A stretch of 64,000 bases of DNA from Phoronis australis (taxonomy: Eukaryota > Animalia > Phoronida). The translations under genes were made by a program, and so were the position numbers. The notes under the pieces were generated by a model that was given only the letters and a program-made list of their open reading frames with translations, ran no database searches and had not been told where the DNA came from. This document shows, in pieces, positions 12,601 through 27,600 of this stretch (positions are counted from its first letter, which is position 1; each line of letters starts with the position of its first letter). The DNA lies in NCBI GenBank assembly GCA_002633005.1, contig NMRA01000063.1, positions 390,438 through 454,437 of the forward strand, written 5' to 3'.

Positions 12601-15600
12601 GACGACGATTTTCCGAGTTCGACTACAGTGGCGCCTCCTAGTGGAATTTTTTTGCGCTCATGGCTGTATCTCCTAAACGGTTTGCAGGATCTTTAATTAA
12701 TTTAGCAAGTGTACTTAATAGACGACAACAACTTTTGGACGGATCTGACTACCGGTGTGCCCCCTAGTGGCAATTTAGTTTTCTACGTTTACCAGTCTGT
12801 ATCTTCAAAGGTCCTCAACAGATTTTCATAAAATTTTGAATATAGGCTTCTATTGGTGGGATGACGCTATCATCCTATTTTTGGATGTAATCGCGTTATT
12901 TTGTGCCACCTGGTGGCCATTTTTTGCTGTTTTCTAATCTTGTTTTTGGCGTCCAGCCCTCGATCAACCAAATCATTCTAGGGATGGTTTTGAAAATTGG
13001 CATATATGTTTTCAGTGTGAAGAGGACGTTTGATGATGGTGACTGACTTAACTGTGGCGCCTCCTAGTGGTAGTTTTGTTTTGTTTTGCGCCCTTAGCTG
13101 TATCTCCAAAACCCACTGCAAGATCTTTATTAAATTTAGTAAGTGAACTTATATGAAGGTAACAAATGACGACTTTCAGGCGGATGGAACGGACGCTGTG
13201 CACACCAATGGCAGTTTCGTTTTGTTTTGTTTTGTTTTCCGTTATTTCTCTGAAGTTCCTTTGACAGATTTTTATGAAATATGGCATGTTCCCGTTTTTG
13301 GATGGATTGTATGTTTTTGCGTCATCTAGTAGCCATTTTTGTGATACAAATGAATAACCCTAAAAGCACACCATTTGCGATGCATTCGTTGGCGCATTTC
13401 AATGCTCTGCGTTGCTCTTGTTTTAAGTTTGGAAGTCATCACAAATTTCAAATGAATTGCGAGTGAATTATTGTCTGACATTGCTACTCGCTGTAGCAAC
13501 TTCGTGGTCACTTGGGTTGGTCTGTCTGAAGTGCACAGTGCATCTTCACAATCAAATATACTTATCATGCATTATACACTCATGACTTTAGGGCTACTAT
13601 GAACAACTTTTAGTCTGTCTGAAGTGCACAGTGCATCTTCCCAGTCAAATATTCTTGTTATGCATCATGCACGCATGACTTTAGGTTTACTAAGAACAAC
13701 TTTTGATTTAGTTCACTTACCTTTCTGTAGTTTGTCCTGACTTGTTCCTTACTCATATTCACCCATTAACTCCAGTATGCACCCCGACTTGTTCCTATCT
13801 CACATACACCCCCCATTAACCCCAGCATGCACCGTGACTTGTTCCTTACTCACATCCACCCATCTGTACTTGTTCCTTACTCAAATTTTCTGACCTTTAA
13901 ACAACTGACTTTCAGTCATTACTTTGAGAGCAGAGTCAAGTTCAGTGAAGGAACAATTTGGCAGTCATACTCTCACATACACTCTCACGCACACTCTCAC
14001 GCACACTCTCACGCACACTCTCACGCACACTCTCACGCACACTCTCACGCACACTCTCACGCACACTCTCACGCACACTCTCACGCACACTCTCACGCAC
14101 ACTCTCACGCACACTCTCACGCACACTCTCACGCACACTCTCACGCACACTCTCACGCACACTCTCACGCACACTCTCACGCACACTCTCACGCACACTC
14201 TCACGCACACTCTCACGCACACTCTCACGCACACTCTCACGCACACTCTCACGCACACTCTCACGCACACTCTCACGCACACTCTCACGCACACTCTCAC
14301 GCACACTCTCACGCACACTCTCACGCACACTCTCACGCACACTCTCACGCACACTCTCACGCACACTCTCACGCACACTCTCACGCACACTCTCACGCAC
14401 ACTCTCACGCACACTCTCACGCACACTCTCACGCACACTCTCACGCACACTCTCACGCACACTCTCACGCACACTCTCACGCACACTCTCACGCACACTC
14501 TCACGCACACTCTCACGCACACTCTCACGCACACTCTCACGCACACTCTCACGCACACTCTCACGCACACTCTCACGCACACTCNTCTCACACACTCTCA
14601 CACACACTCTCACACACACTCTCACGCACACTCTCACGCACACTCTCACACACACTCTCCCACACACTCTCACACATACTCTCCAGGGCTCAACGTTATT
14701 GAAATTGCGAGGTCGCATTTTGCGACCTAGCCAAAATCCAGCTTGCATTCATAAATGCCAGGTTGCAAAATTTCTCGAATTTTTACGTGCTAAAATTGAT
14801 TTTTTTACTTCAAGAAAATGTTTAAATTATGGTCTTACCTGCAGCTTCAAATACTCAAATTTCAGGTTGCAAAATTAAGTTCTTACGTACAGCATTGCTG
14901 TTCTTTATGACCACCATTGAAAGGCTCTAGAGCGCAAGACTAGTTGCCGACGTGAAAGTTGAATCCGTGCTGTCTAACCGACACGTGCATTCCAGTAGAT
15001 AAGTTTGCAATGTCAAAAGGGTGAAAATAGTTTTTGAAAACGTATCTGCGGTTTTGCTAGGTCTGACCTACCTGTATTTGACTATAATCGAAGTCGTTAA
15101 AGATCTAAACCAACTCTGAGTGCAAACTCTTTCTATTTTTGTTCGCAGCCCAAACTTTGCTACTCAACGTTTGAAAACCATCTTGTCGAAAAAGAATCCG
15201 CGAAACGTTCTAACCCAGTGACGTATTCGGATGGGCGGGAACTGTTCAGTGAAAATTTCAAAAAAATGTATTTATGCCGTTTAAATACTCAACAATATTT
15301 CATGAAATGAAAAGCCTCGAAATAATTCCACCGTGCGGGTTTCCATCGGGTAATTCAAGTTTGCTCTCCAATACTTTCCATGTCCGGAAAAATAGGTCAG
15401 TCACAAAACGACACGCATGTCACTAGTTTTGTCTCTCTTTCGGGGGTATAAAACAAAGCCGGGGTTTGGTTTTTACATATTGAGAAAATAAGTTTTTTGA
15501 AAACTGAATTTGTTGTAAAATGAGAGCTGCGTGTTAATTTCAAACCACGCATGGTTGTTTGTAGTGTGCTGTGACGGGCGCTAGTCTGAACTGTGGTCGC

Positions 15601-18600
15601 TTGAATGGAAATTCTCAAAAGTTGAGGGGAACGCTTAGTAGAGCAGTGAGTGCTTATTACGAAACACTTCAAAGCTAGGGAATAGGCTTGTGAGTGAGCA
15701 TAGTCGTTACCCTGAGAGCGGTAATAAGAAGACTGCAATAGTAAGATGTGTTATAATACGATTTTGCGAGGCAAACTTTATGGCTATTGATACCACCTAC
15801 ACTGTACCTTTTTAGCCACCCGCAATAATTTTGTTTTTATTGGCCCACTTCAGCCGGAACAAGATTCTTTCTATTGGAATCTGAAAATTAATTTACTGTG
15901 TGGTCCGGGGAGCGAAAAATTGGCAAGTGGGGAATGAAGAGAAGAATAAAAAGTTCATTAACCACAATTTCGCTTTTCCCCATTTAGTTGCAGAATAGCT
16001 GGCTATGGGCATAGAACATCGGACCTAATAAACATCGACCTGGGGAACATCGGAACACGAAAATATCAATTCTGGGCTACATCGGTCCCGGGGAATATCG
16101 TTAAGCATCGGGAACTGCCGGGAACTTTTAATTTCATTGTCAAAAAAACCGTTGGCACCCGGGTGCTTAACAAAGCCAAGCGGGTATAAACTTTCATTTA
16201 GGACTGTCGCTGTTCTCTTTTGATGTGCAGTGGTGTGGTGCGCATGCTTGAGTTCATGCACTTGAAGCACTGGAGTAGGTCTGAAATTTAAGTTGGCAAC
16301 AATATGTGAAAGACGACTAATACATGTATATCGCGCACGTAGACCTAGAAACAATTAAATGGTTTGAGAATTTATTGGCGACTCAAAAACTACTCAGCTG
16401 AAAGTAAAGACGTGGCTGTCCTTTCACGATTAATGGGTGGTCATTTATGGGTGGTCATTAATGGGTGGTCATTTACACGTTTGTAGTCTTTTGCGATAAA
16501 ACGAGATGCTGAGACGCACATTTTCAAGTAGCGATCGTCTGTCACGGGTCTGCTTGCGTGCTAACAACAGGACCGACCAGTGTCGCAGTGAGATGTCAGG
16601 GATATTGCCGTGGGTATTTGAAAATAAGGGCATCTTACGCGAAAGATACACATGTTTTTGCACCACAAAATTTGGTAAGATAATCATTTAAGAGTTAGTA
16701 GAAACATCGCTGTTATGTGACGTTTTATCATGTGTTATGTCGTGATGCGAAACTGGAAATTTGCATAAATAGCCAAAAATGCTATCCAATGAAATTTGTC
16801 AAAAATCGATTCTGCATTATCCCATGTTCACAGGATATGTTGACAAGTTATCGGGAGGGCTATTCTTGGAAATTTAAACTTGATTTGCAACAACCCAATA
16901 ACGGTTGGATTCACACGAGTTGCTTTCTATTTACCAGGTATCTGCCGAGTAGTGTGAAAACTCAACTCGCCTACAATGGAAATTCCGGATTTCATTTTGC
17001 TACTTGATATGAGCTGGCAAAAATCTCAACTCTCAATTCAGGTCGCAAATGCGACCTGCAGCTCGTTATGTCGAGCCCTGCTCTCATACCTGCTCTCACA
17101 CCTGCTCTCCCACATATTCTCCCACATGTTCTCATTGAAGATACATGGCGATATCTTGTGGAATCTTGCACGATTTTCATTTTCTTGCAAAGCACCGGTG
17201 TTACTAAACTGTACTCTTGTTCATTGAGTTGGTCATTTTATGGGCCAAGCTTCAAACATGGTGTCTTAAGCAATTTGACCCCTGAGACTAGTTTTTTGGC
17301 GACAAGCTTTAAACTTAAAGTGTGCCTATAGAAATAATGTTAGTTTTTTGTGCTCATATGTACAACTGTGTAACAGTTGGACACTTTGATTATTTGTTGA
17401 AATTCATCAGAGAAAGAGTGATGGAAAGTCTGCATAATTTTTGCATAGGTATTATGGCGGCAATGAATTCATTGACGAGATGGAACGACTTACATGGAAG
17501 CGTGCCCTTGAGGCATTTCACTTGAGCAAGGATGAATGGGGCGTGAATGTCCAGCCTCTGTCTGGTTCCCCAGCCAATTTTGCTGTCTATTCTGCCCTGG
17601 TTGAACCACACGGTCGCATTATGGGACTTGACTTACCTGATGGCGGCCATCTTAGTCATGGATTTTACACTGCCAAGAAAAAGGTAAGGTTACTCAACTA
17701 GGCTGTTTCATTAAAAATTCACAATTGTTCAAACTTATGTGCCCTCATTAATATGTGCTGTCATTAACATGTGCCCTCATTAACACGTGCCCTCATTAAC
17801 ATGTGCCCTCATTAACATATGCCCTCATGAACATGTGCCCTCATGAGCATCCACCCTCATTAACATGTGCCCTCATTAACATGCGCCCTCATTAACTTGT
17901 GTCCTCATTATTTGCCTTCATTAACGTTTGCCCTCATTAACACGTGCCCTCGTTAACATATGCCCTCATGAGCATGTGCCCTCATTAACATGCGCCCTCA
18001 TTAACATGTGTCCTCTGTATCATTTGCCTTCATTAACATTTGCCCTCATTAATATGTGCCCTCATTACCATGTGCCCTCATTATAATGTGCCTTCATGAA
18101 CATATGCCTTCATTAACATATGTGGGTTCATACTGATGTCAGCTCTGTCCATAACAGTGTTTTTCTGTATTTTTTGTGTCTTGTGTAACACTAGTGCCCT
18201 GAACATGATTTTAGAATTGCGGTTGGTTCACCCTCTAGTGGGTAAGTTACAAGTGGAACTTTCTTATATTTTTTGGTCTGCTGTACTTACCGTATTTGGC
18301 CGTGCTTTGGACAGATTCTAGGAACTTGGGCCTTGCCCCTCCAGATCATGTTTCATTGGTTGAAATAAGTACTTTGTTAGACATGAGGAGTCCAGTGGCA
18401 GAGCTCAAGAAGTTAACATCCATTCTCACTTAAACAAATTCCTGACTATTCAGGCCCCTAGCCAGCATTGCGCAGGGAGTGGTTCGAATTTTTTGAACGG
18501 TGGACCTTTGATATTTTGCAAACGTCGACACTGTGGAGTTTTCATTAAGACCCTCAGTTGACGCAGCTTAATCAGGGGGAAGGGAAGTGTGTATACACAA

Positions 18601-21600
18601 CAATGACTCCCAGCTCTACGTTTTTTGAGACGTGGCAGCATTAGTAATACCAGAGATGAGGATGCTGGGACGGTTGCTTGCAACAATTTTGCTGTTGTCC
18701 ATATGTATCCTATCTTTAGCGGATAAGGTGGAGGTGGACCTTTTCCGCGGAGGAGAGGGAGGGAGGGGGGGGTTCGTTCGGACTTCTCAACCCCCCTGGC
18801 TACGGGCCTGTATTCGTGCAGCTTTCGGGTTCCTACCGTACTTGGTTGCCGATAGTTTAGTCCCCAGCCATTCTCGGGCTTCTCCCGAGCTTGACTGCTG
18901 TTCACATTTCGAAACAATAACTGAGTTGCCCCCTTTTCTATATAGGTCGATGTCAGCATTCCCATGCTGCCATTATGGCGTTTTGTCCATGCCCATCTTA
19001 AAGAGTCTTATTTAGTTTTATCTATTTACGTCATAATAAATGACATTATTCGCAATCCTCCTCTTGTTTTACTCTGCAACATAGGTCGTGGCGTACCCTG
19101 GGCAAAATAAATTACGATAAATACAAATTATGAAGAGCATCTAGCCTACCCGAACATTCAAATTTTCTAAAATCACAACGCTGCGATATACCCATGTACT
19201 AGAGTATGCATCAACTGGATTACTTGTAAATGTGACATATTGTACTTATATATTCAGATCATAATGATAAACATATGTACTATGGGGGCACATTACAGTT
19301 ATTACAGACTTTTGGCAGCCAACACACACCGAAGTAGAGATGGGCCTTTTCCTCATGTGCTAATCAAGTGTCTGAAAAAAAGGGTTTTGTAGCATTCCCA
19401 ACTCACAAGCACTGCTCGTGATAACTGAAACTTACGCTACAGATTTTAAATCGGTTAATTCACATCAGAAAAAAATCCCGGCACACAAAAATATTATAAA
19501 TATTACATTAATAAATAAAATAAATAACTTAATAAAGATTAGGATAACATAAAAATGTAACAAACAGTCAAAATTAATTTTTTTGTATCCACCTGCCTTA
19601 AATGGAATTGAATATACAGTTTGATGTTCTTTGTATAAAAGGCCACCCATACACTTGTATCATCATAAACGTACTGTATCCTGTAGTCCCTAATTTTATG
19701 GGCACTGTAGTGTGTAGAAATGTTTGGAGAAAATGAGCACCTTTTCTATCTTTGTCATTTGTTAATCACATGGTGGGCACATATTAATGTGTAGAAACTT
19801 TAAGAGCAAGCCAGGATTTTACAGTTTAAGCTTGAGTATTAGAAAAGAGCTGTTGGCGATAAGTGAAATTAGACTCGTGTCCAAAAAGCCATTAGTGAAA
19901 CAGCTTCCTGGACCCATCTGGTTGAAAATTATGTCAGCCCTGTTATCTTAGCTTGTAAGTATAGGTTATACAACGTAGGTGTTTGTACCAGTGGTTATTA
20001 GCCCTAATTTGCATATCACGAATCGAGATATAATAACACACTGGTACCAACACGTACGCTGTATAACCTTTTTATCCTATACGCCCCACTGAGGATTCTT
20101 TAAAGAAGCGGGTTTACACAGATTGCTCCGCTTGTTTTTGGTGTCGTTTGCCATCTTTTATCAATGATGATCGCAGATCGCGTGATACGTATTACGTGCA
20201 CGCAATATTTTTATGAATGAATTTTTTGCAGCCTGCATGACACGGCAGTCAAGTTGTATTTTACAGCAGCTATACAGGCTTGGGATGCATATCTGCTATC
20301 TTCAGTATTTTCGTCAGAGGTTGAGCTAAATCTATTTCTAAGTTAAAGTTTGCTTATGTTTCTGACTGTTTTTCTTGACTTTGTTGAGTAATATCTGTGC
20401 AGGATATCCAGACGTTGTGGCTGATGCACATTCAGATGCTTCTTAAAATGATCCTGGCACGTGGTTCTTATCATTTTTAGGTTGAAAGTATTCCGAAATT
20501 TATCTTAAAATTGACAATTGTATGTGTGTCAGCCATATTGTGACCAGGCTTTTGAGTAAACTTCATTGTATTTGTATCAGCCAAATTGTTGCCATGCTTG
20601 TGTCGCTAATGTTTTTTTAAGTTGATAGGAATCTATTTTTGTAGATCCTAACTTATGCTTGTATTGTATCATTTCACTGCTTTCTCACCAGGTGTCAGCC
20701 ACATCAGTGTACTTTGAGAACTTCCCATACAAACTCGACGTATCTACCGGTTTAATTGACTACGACAAACTGGCGGAGAATGCCAAACTGTTTAAGCCAA
20801 AGTTAATTATTGCAGGTGAGTTAAGTGCACAACTGATCTATGTTCTTTTACCAGACAAGAGTATGACTAGAGTATGACTAGTGTGGCTAGAGTACGACTA
20901 GTATGACTATAACTAGTATGACTAGAGTTTGACTTTGAAAATTTTGATAACTTTTCATTGTTGGAAGCTGCACTTTGCCCTGTCAAAAAACAAAAACTTA
21001 ATAACAAAGCTTTTTACTCTCATCAAAAGGTGATTGCATAATGCAGGGCTCGACATAACAAGCTGCAGGTCGCATTTGCGATCTGAAATTTGGAAATGCG
21101 AGCTGAGATTTTTGTTATCTCGTATCAAGTCACAGATACCTGGCAAATATAAAGCAACTCTTGTGAGTCCAACCATATTGGTTGTTGCCAAATCAAGTTC
21201 AAAAGAATACTAACTGAGAACAGCCCTCCCGATAACTTGTAAGCATGTCGTGCGAACATGGGATAATGCAGAATCGATCTTTGATGGGTTTCATTGGCGA
21301 ACATTTTCGGGTACTTTTGCAAATTTCCGTATTTCTCGAAGAAAGTTTCAGGACACGGCATAACGTGATAAAACGTCACAAAACTGTGGTGTTTCTACTA
21401 ATTCTTAAGCGATTAAACTTACTAAAGTTTATGGTGGAAAAACATGTTTATTTTTCGCGCAAGATATCCTTATTACCATACTTGTCTGCGTTACTGCCCA
21501 GGGCGCTTAAACTGGGAATCTAAAAAACTGGGTGGGCGGTAAGCCAAGCATGGGTGGTTAAAATCAAAATTTTTGAAGTCGGGAGTTGTTGCTTACTGCA

Positions 21601-24600
21601 CAGAGGACCGATTTTACCCTGACGTAGCTACACTGACATCGGACTTCAAGCACAGTTAAAATATAGATCGGAGGATTGAAGTAACGGACTTCGACGGCCT
21701 GCACACACGATACAGCGGCGTCTTGTTTCTGAGCGTGATTGGCTTTTCCGTACCTCGGTCGCTGCTGGTCATCTCTTAGAACTAAGGTAGGAGTGCGTAC
21801 AGTAGGGCAAGTTTCTTGAGAGAAAAGACGTATCAAACAAGACTCCGCTAGTTTGCGATGTATTTTTTAGGAAAGCACTTGATTGTGTAAAGATTTGAGT
21901 CCGCTGGACACTTAAGCAACCAAGCACCTGCTAATGATTGACAGGTCTTCTTATTGATTACGTTGAAAACTATAACATTTTATATATTTTATATTTTATA
22001 TATTTCTTTTTTAGTTCAAAGCCAACACCCTCTTGCTCAAAGCAGTGCTCAACAATCCCCCCATACTACTATTAGGCAACGGGTACTCGGTCAGCTGCCA
22101 AAATATTGAAGCAAAAACACCTCTTGTAAATAGTCATAGGGCAAATCAAAAGTTCAAAAAAGTAAGTTTTTGACCGCGTGGAATGTGGACAGAATGTTCG
22201 ACTTGCGCTAATGACAAGTTGATTTTTTTGGAATCTTGCATTTGGGTGGGCGCTTCCATTTTGGTGTCAGGAGCGTAAGTCAGGAAAAAAATGCCTTTAA
22301 CCAAGATGGGAAACAGCGACACAAGTTGGCTTGTCACAATGGACCATGTCTTTTCTTATTTCAATGGTCAGGGTGGTTATGCTTCATGTACTGTCATGGG
22401 GAATCACAGAAATGTTGGCCACGGACGTGATATCCCTGTCAAGTACTGCTTTGCTGGTTCTTCTACAGCAAATGAAATACATTCGACAAGCGCTCTCTCA
22501 GTGATCAGTACGTGTCGACTCGAGTTTCGCGTGAGCCAAAGGAAACAATTGTGTCTCCTTCAGTGAAGGGCATGAGAATACGGGTATTTTACCGCCATAG
22601 CAAGGCAAGGTCCCGTTTCCGCTAAAACTGATTGATTGTCACAGAAAGGTAAGCGAGTTGCGCACGTTTTGGAATCTTAATTTTGTGCGACGAACGTTCA
22701 CAGAAGCACAGATACTTTTACGGAAGTCTCGATCATGAAAAATTGGGGGTGGGCGGTAAATCGAGCATGGACGCTTAAAAATTAAAAATTGAAATTTTTG
22801 AGGGTGTGCGATAAGCCAAGCATGGGCCATAATGCAGATGAGTATGGTACATGTACCAAATACCCACGACAACATCCCTGATATTGCACTGTGGTATTGG
22901 TCGGTCCCGTTGTTAGCACGCAAGACGTCCTGGCAGACAATCGTGACTTGGAAATGTGCGTCTTTTTTATCGTATAAGACACCAAAAGTGAAAATGACAT
23001 CCCTACTAATTGCCAAACGATGGCCACGTCTTTACTTTCAGCAAAGTAGTTTTTGAGTTGCCAAGAAATTCTCAAACCCCTTTACTTGTTTCTGGGACCA
23101 CGTGCGCGAAATATGATTTTTCTTTCACACATTCTTGCCAACGTAAAGTGGAGGCCTACTCCATTGATTCTAGTGCGTGAACTCACACGCATGCGCACCA
23201 CTCTAAAGCTGCTCATCAAAAGAGAACAGCAACAGTCCTAAATGACAGAGTATACCAGCATTTTTATGCGCCCACATATTTATATGTGGTCGCATATTGC
23301 TGTCATCTCTGTCTCGGCGTCCGCGGCTGTATCTCCTGAACCCCTTGCAGGATCTCATTGAAATTTGGCAGGTGTGTTCCTATGGGGTTGACGACAGAGA
23401 GCGACGAGTTTTGGACCGACACGTATACTGCTGTGCCCTCTAGTGGCAATTTTAGTTTTTTACGTTTACCTCTATTTTCAAAGTTCCTTAACTGATTTTC
23501 ATGAAATTTGGCACATAGGCATCTATTAATAAGTTGACGCTATCCTCGGATGAATTTGAGGCATTTTGCACCATCTAGTAGCCATTTCGAGTCGTTTTTT
23601 GACGTCTGTCCCTCTAACAACCAAACCACTCGAAGGATGATTGTGAAAATTGGCATATATGTTCTTACTATGAAGAAGACAGTTGACGATGATTTTCCGA
23701 CGACTTCGACTACTGTGGCGCCTCCTAGTGGCAGTTTTGTTTGTTTTTGAGCCCATGGCTGTATCTCCTAAATGCTCTACAGGATCTTTATTAAATTTAG
23801 CAAATATATGTATATGATCTTGACAACGTACGACGGTGACTTTCGGAAAGATCGGTCTACCGGTGTGCCCCCTAGTGGCAATTATATTTTTTTTACATTT
23901 ACCTCCGTATCTTCAAAGGTCCTCAATGGATTTCCATAAGATTTGGCACATAGACATCTATTAGTGAAGTGACGCTAGCCATTCATCTTCGGTTTGATTC
24001 AAGGTATTTTGCACCACCTAGTGGCCATTTTTGTTGTTTTCGAGTCTGTTTTTTTGGCGTCCGTAACTCTGTCAACCAAACCACTCTAAGGATGATTGTC
24101 GTGAAAGTTGGCATGTATGTTCTTTCTATGAAGGGGACGGTTGACGATTAATTTCCGACGACTTCTACTACTGTGGTGCCTCCTAGTGGTGATTTTGTTT
24201 TTTCGCACCCATACCTGTGTCTCCTAAGCCCTCTGCAGGATCTTTATAAATTTAGCTCGTGTAGTTTTATGAAGTTAACAAGAGAAGACGATAACTTTTA
24301 GACAGATCCGACGAACACTGCCCCCTAGTGGTAATTTCATTTTCCTTTGTTTCTCTGAAGTTCCTCGATGAATTTTAATGGAATTTGGTAAATGACTTTC
24401 TTTTAACGAAACGATGACATTTTCTGGTTTTCAGATGGATTTGACGTATTTTGCACCATCTAGTGGCCATTTTGATGATACAAATAAACAACCCTATAAG
24501 TATACCATTTGTGATGCATTCGTGGGCACATTTCAACGCTCCGCGTTGCTTTTGTTGGTTCTGTTAAGCATCCGGGTGCCAGTGGTTTATTTGAAAATGA

Positions 24601-27600
24601 ACTTAATAGATTTCCTGCGGTTGTAAAAGACCCGATGCTTTATGATATAACCCAGAACTGATATTTTCCTGTTTCGATTTTACCCGGGGTTGACGTTACC
24701 TAATGATATTCTATGCCCGCTATTGCAACTAAACGAGTAGATGCGAAATTGTGGTAAGCGAACTTTTTATTCTTCTCTTCATACACTTCCCCCCCCTGGC
24801 AGTTTTTCGCTCCCCAGACCGGCGTAAAATGTTCTGACTCCAATAGAAACAACCTTATTCCGGCTGAAGCGGACAATTAAAAACAAAATTATTCTAGGTG
24901 GCTAAAAAGTTAACGTCGTAGGTGGTAACCATAGACATCACATAGACCGGGCACGCGCCACTCAGATACATGCAGCTCGCATTGTCAATATTACGCCATA
25001 TTGGAGAGTGCTACACAGGACAAAAATGGCGGAAAACACTGGGAGCCCTACGGCATCAGTCAGAAAATTGGCGGGCTCACAGTGTTATGCTTGCAGCCAA
25101 AGAGTTAAGTTTTTTGGTCCTGGGTATTTTTGGTTCGGCCATGGAGTTTAGAGGTGCTGCCACTAGGTTTTCATGTTCTGTCACCATAGTTTAAGGGGAG
25201 TGATTATGGGTTGTTTCCACATCAACCTTGATAATTGAGACCATATGAGATCAATTAAAACATAATTATTGACCAGCATATGCTGTTATCCAATGATGAT
25301 GCTGTTTTTTAATTGTACTTAAGTAAATATTTGCTATCAATGACAATCATGTGTATTTTTACTTGTTCTGAACAATAACATCCTAGAACCTACTCGCTAG
25401 CCATCAAAATCAGTACATCTAAGTGAATAATGTATTCTCTGTTGAAATATATACTGCTTAAAAACTCACTTCTTATTAAGTATTTCACAATCAGATTTCT
25501 TCTGTTGTATTAAAACAAACATATCCCTGCAAAATCTGTACTTATGTTAAAGTTGACATTGCAAATTTTGTGGATTTGCACTGCTTGCTTATGAGCTCTT
25601 TGTTTAGTGACTCAAAACTCGCGCAAAAAGTAAAGTGCACAGTAACCAAAATATCAAACCTGTACGACTGAATTGCACATCCAATCTATACCCAAAATAC
25701 AGAATTTCCCACTCGAAACCGAGTGGAAATATACCCAACCGAGCCGGTGTAGCATTAAATAATGAACCCGACGGTGAAAAATGACCCCGTCCATTAAATT
25801 TAGGCCGCCCATTAAATGCAACCTGGTTCGTATTTTAATTTTACGTAGTTACCCAGGGCCATTCTCCATATTGAAAACTAAGGATTATTGGGCACAACAA
25901 AAGTACGTCCCCAGTGAGCAGCATGTCTCCTGGATGGAAACCCGCACAGGTTTGGGAATTATTTCAAGGATATTCATTTTATGGAAAACCAAATGTTGAG
26001 TACATAAACAGCATTTTTGTTGTGAAATTGCACTGAATTGTTCCTGCGCATCCAAATACATCATTGGGTAGGGCATGGTTTCACGGATTTTTTTCTACAG
26101 ATGTTTTTCAAACGACGAGTTAGGTTGCAAAATTTTGGCTACGAACAAAAAATAGAGGGAGTTTGTACTCCGAGTTAGTTTGGATCTTTAACCACTTTGA
26201 TGACAGCCATATAGCAGGTCATACCTAGAAAAATCGCCGATACTTTTCTTTCTTTTCACATCGCAAACTTAGCTACTCAAATGTACGTGTCAGTTAGAGA
26301 GCACCGATTCAAGTTTCACATCGGCAACTAGCCTTGCGCTCTAGAGCCTTTCAATGGCGGTTGTGGAGAACAGTAATGCCACAGTAATGCTATACCTGCA
26401 TGAACGAATTTTACGATCTGAAATGTGGGAGTATTTAATGCTGCAGGTAAGAGCATAATCTAAACATTTTCTTGATGATCTAAAAAATTTATTTTGGCAC
26501 GTAAAACGGCAGGAAAATTTTGCGACCTGGCATTTATGAATAAGAGCTCAATTTTGAAACCATGACCTGGGATTTTGGCAAGGTTGCAAAATGCAACCTG
26601 GCAATTTTATAGCATTGAGCCCTGTAATGTGATAGTATTCTATTTCTGTAACAATACGAACATCGGAACCGTTAGCAACTCGAACAAAAATTTGAGTTTG
26701 TTGGTGCTGACGTTGGCTGTGACTTGCGTTGATAATGGAAGTGGAATGCTGTTGTGGTAAGGACCATCAAGGCACCGGTTTTGTGAGAAAAGGGGCGTAA
26801 TTTGACTATTATTTTTTAGCCAGCTTAATATGGCGAAATGCAGCTTTAACAGAATAAATTAACTTTTTTTTAAATTGGCCAGAACTTGGGCATGTGACTG
26901 TTGCATCAAATGTATTTGATTGAGGGCATTCCTCTCAAGTCTGTGTTGTGTTGCTATCAAGGTACCAAGTGACTGAGCTAAACAACAAAGCACTTCACTG
27001 TGTTACTCATTACTGGATCATGTGTCTGTGACCATCATTCTCACCACTTCAGGCATTCACACTCTGGTCCACACCTGCAATTCTGTGTTTTCAAACAGCC
27101 TTTTCAATGCCATTCCTTTGAGGTTGCGACGCTGTGAAAGAATGTTCAGCTGGCCCACTTTCCCTGTTCTCCTTAACCAATAACCTGCCGTCGTTTTTCA
27201 CCAGAGATGTCTGTTTTTTGAATATCAGGCTTGTGCCTAAAGCAGATAGTCTGATGTTAATGTTTTTGCAGCCCAGTCAAGTGTATTGATTACTCAAGCG
27301 AAGGTCAGTAAGCTTGGAATGTCACCTGGTGACTTAACCTTGAGCTTTGATGAGTTGTGTAGATGCAAGCATTTGATGAAGGAAGCTAGCGTGATCACTT
27401 GCTTCTCTTGCAATGTATGACATCAGCTTGTTATTCGCCCCTCATATTTATATGACATCTTGTTATACGCCCACATATTTATATGACAGCATCTTGTTAT
27501 GCGCCCACATATTTATATTTCATCTTGTTATGCGCCTACATATTTATATGACATCTTGTTATGCGCCCACATATTTATATGACATCTTGTTATGCGCCCG

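Larger units (their letters stand above)
21044..26624 (-). mobile_element. hAT5-like copy 3 (inverted), 5-bp TSD TAATG, carrying nested insertions
   Basis: taatg|cagggctcgac...ttgagccctg|taatg; interrupted at 21476-22847, 23262-24556 and ~24930-26075. Confidence 0.88.

Noticed and set aside
13827-14878. Long His/Ser/Thr repeat ORFs
   Set aside because: Translation artefacts of a 12-bp repeat that is open in five frames.
9361-17080. Autonomous transposase or RepHel coding capacity in the intronic elements
   Set aside because: Only short ORFs not conserved between copies, with no DDE, HUH or helicase motifs.
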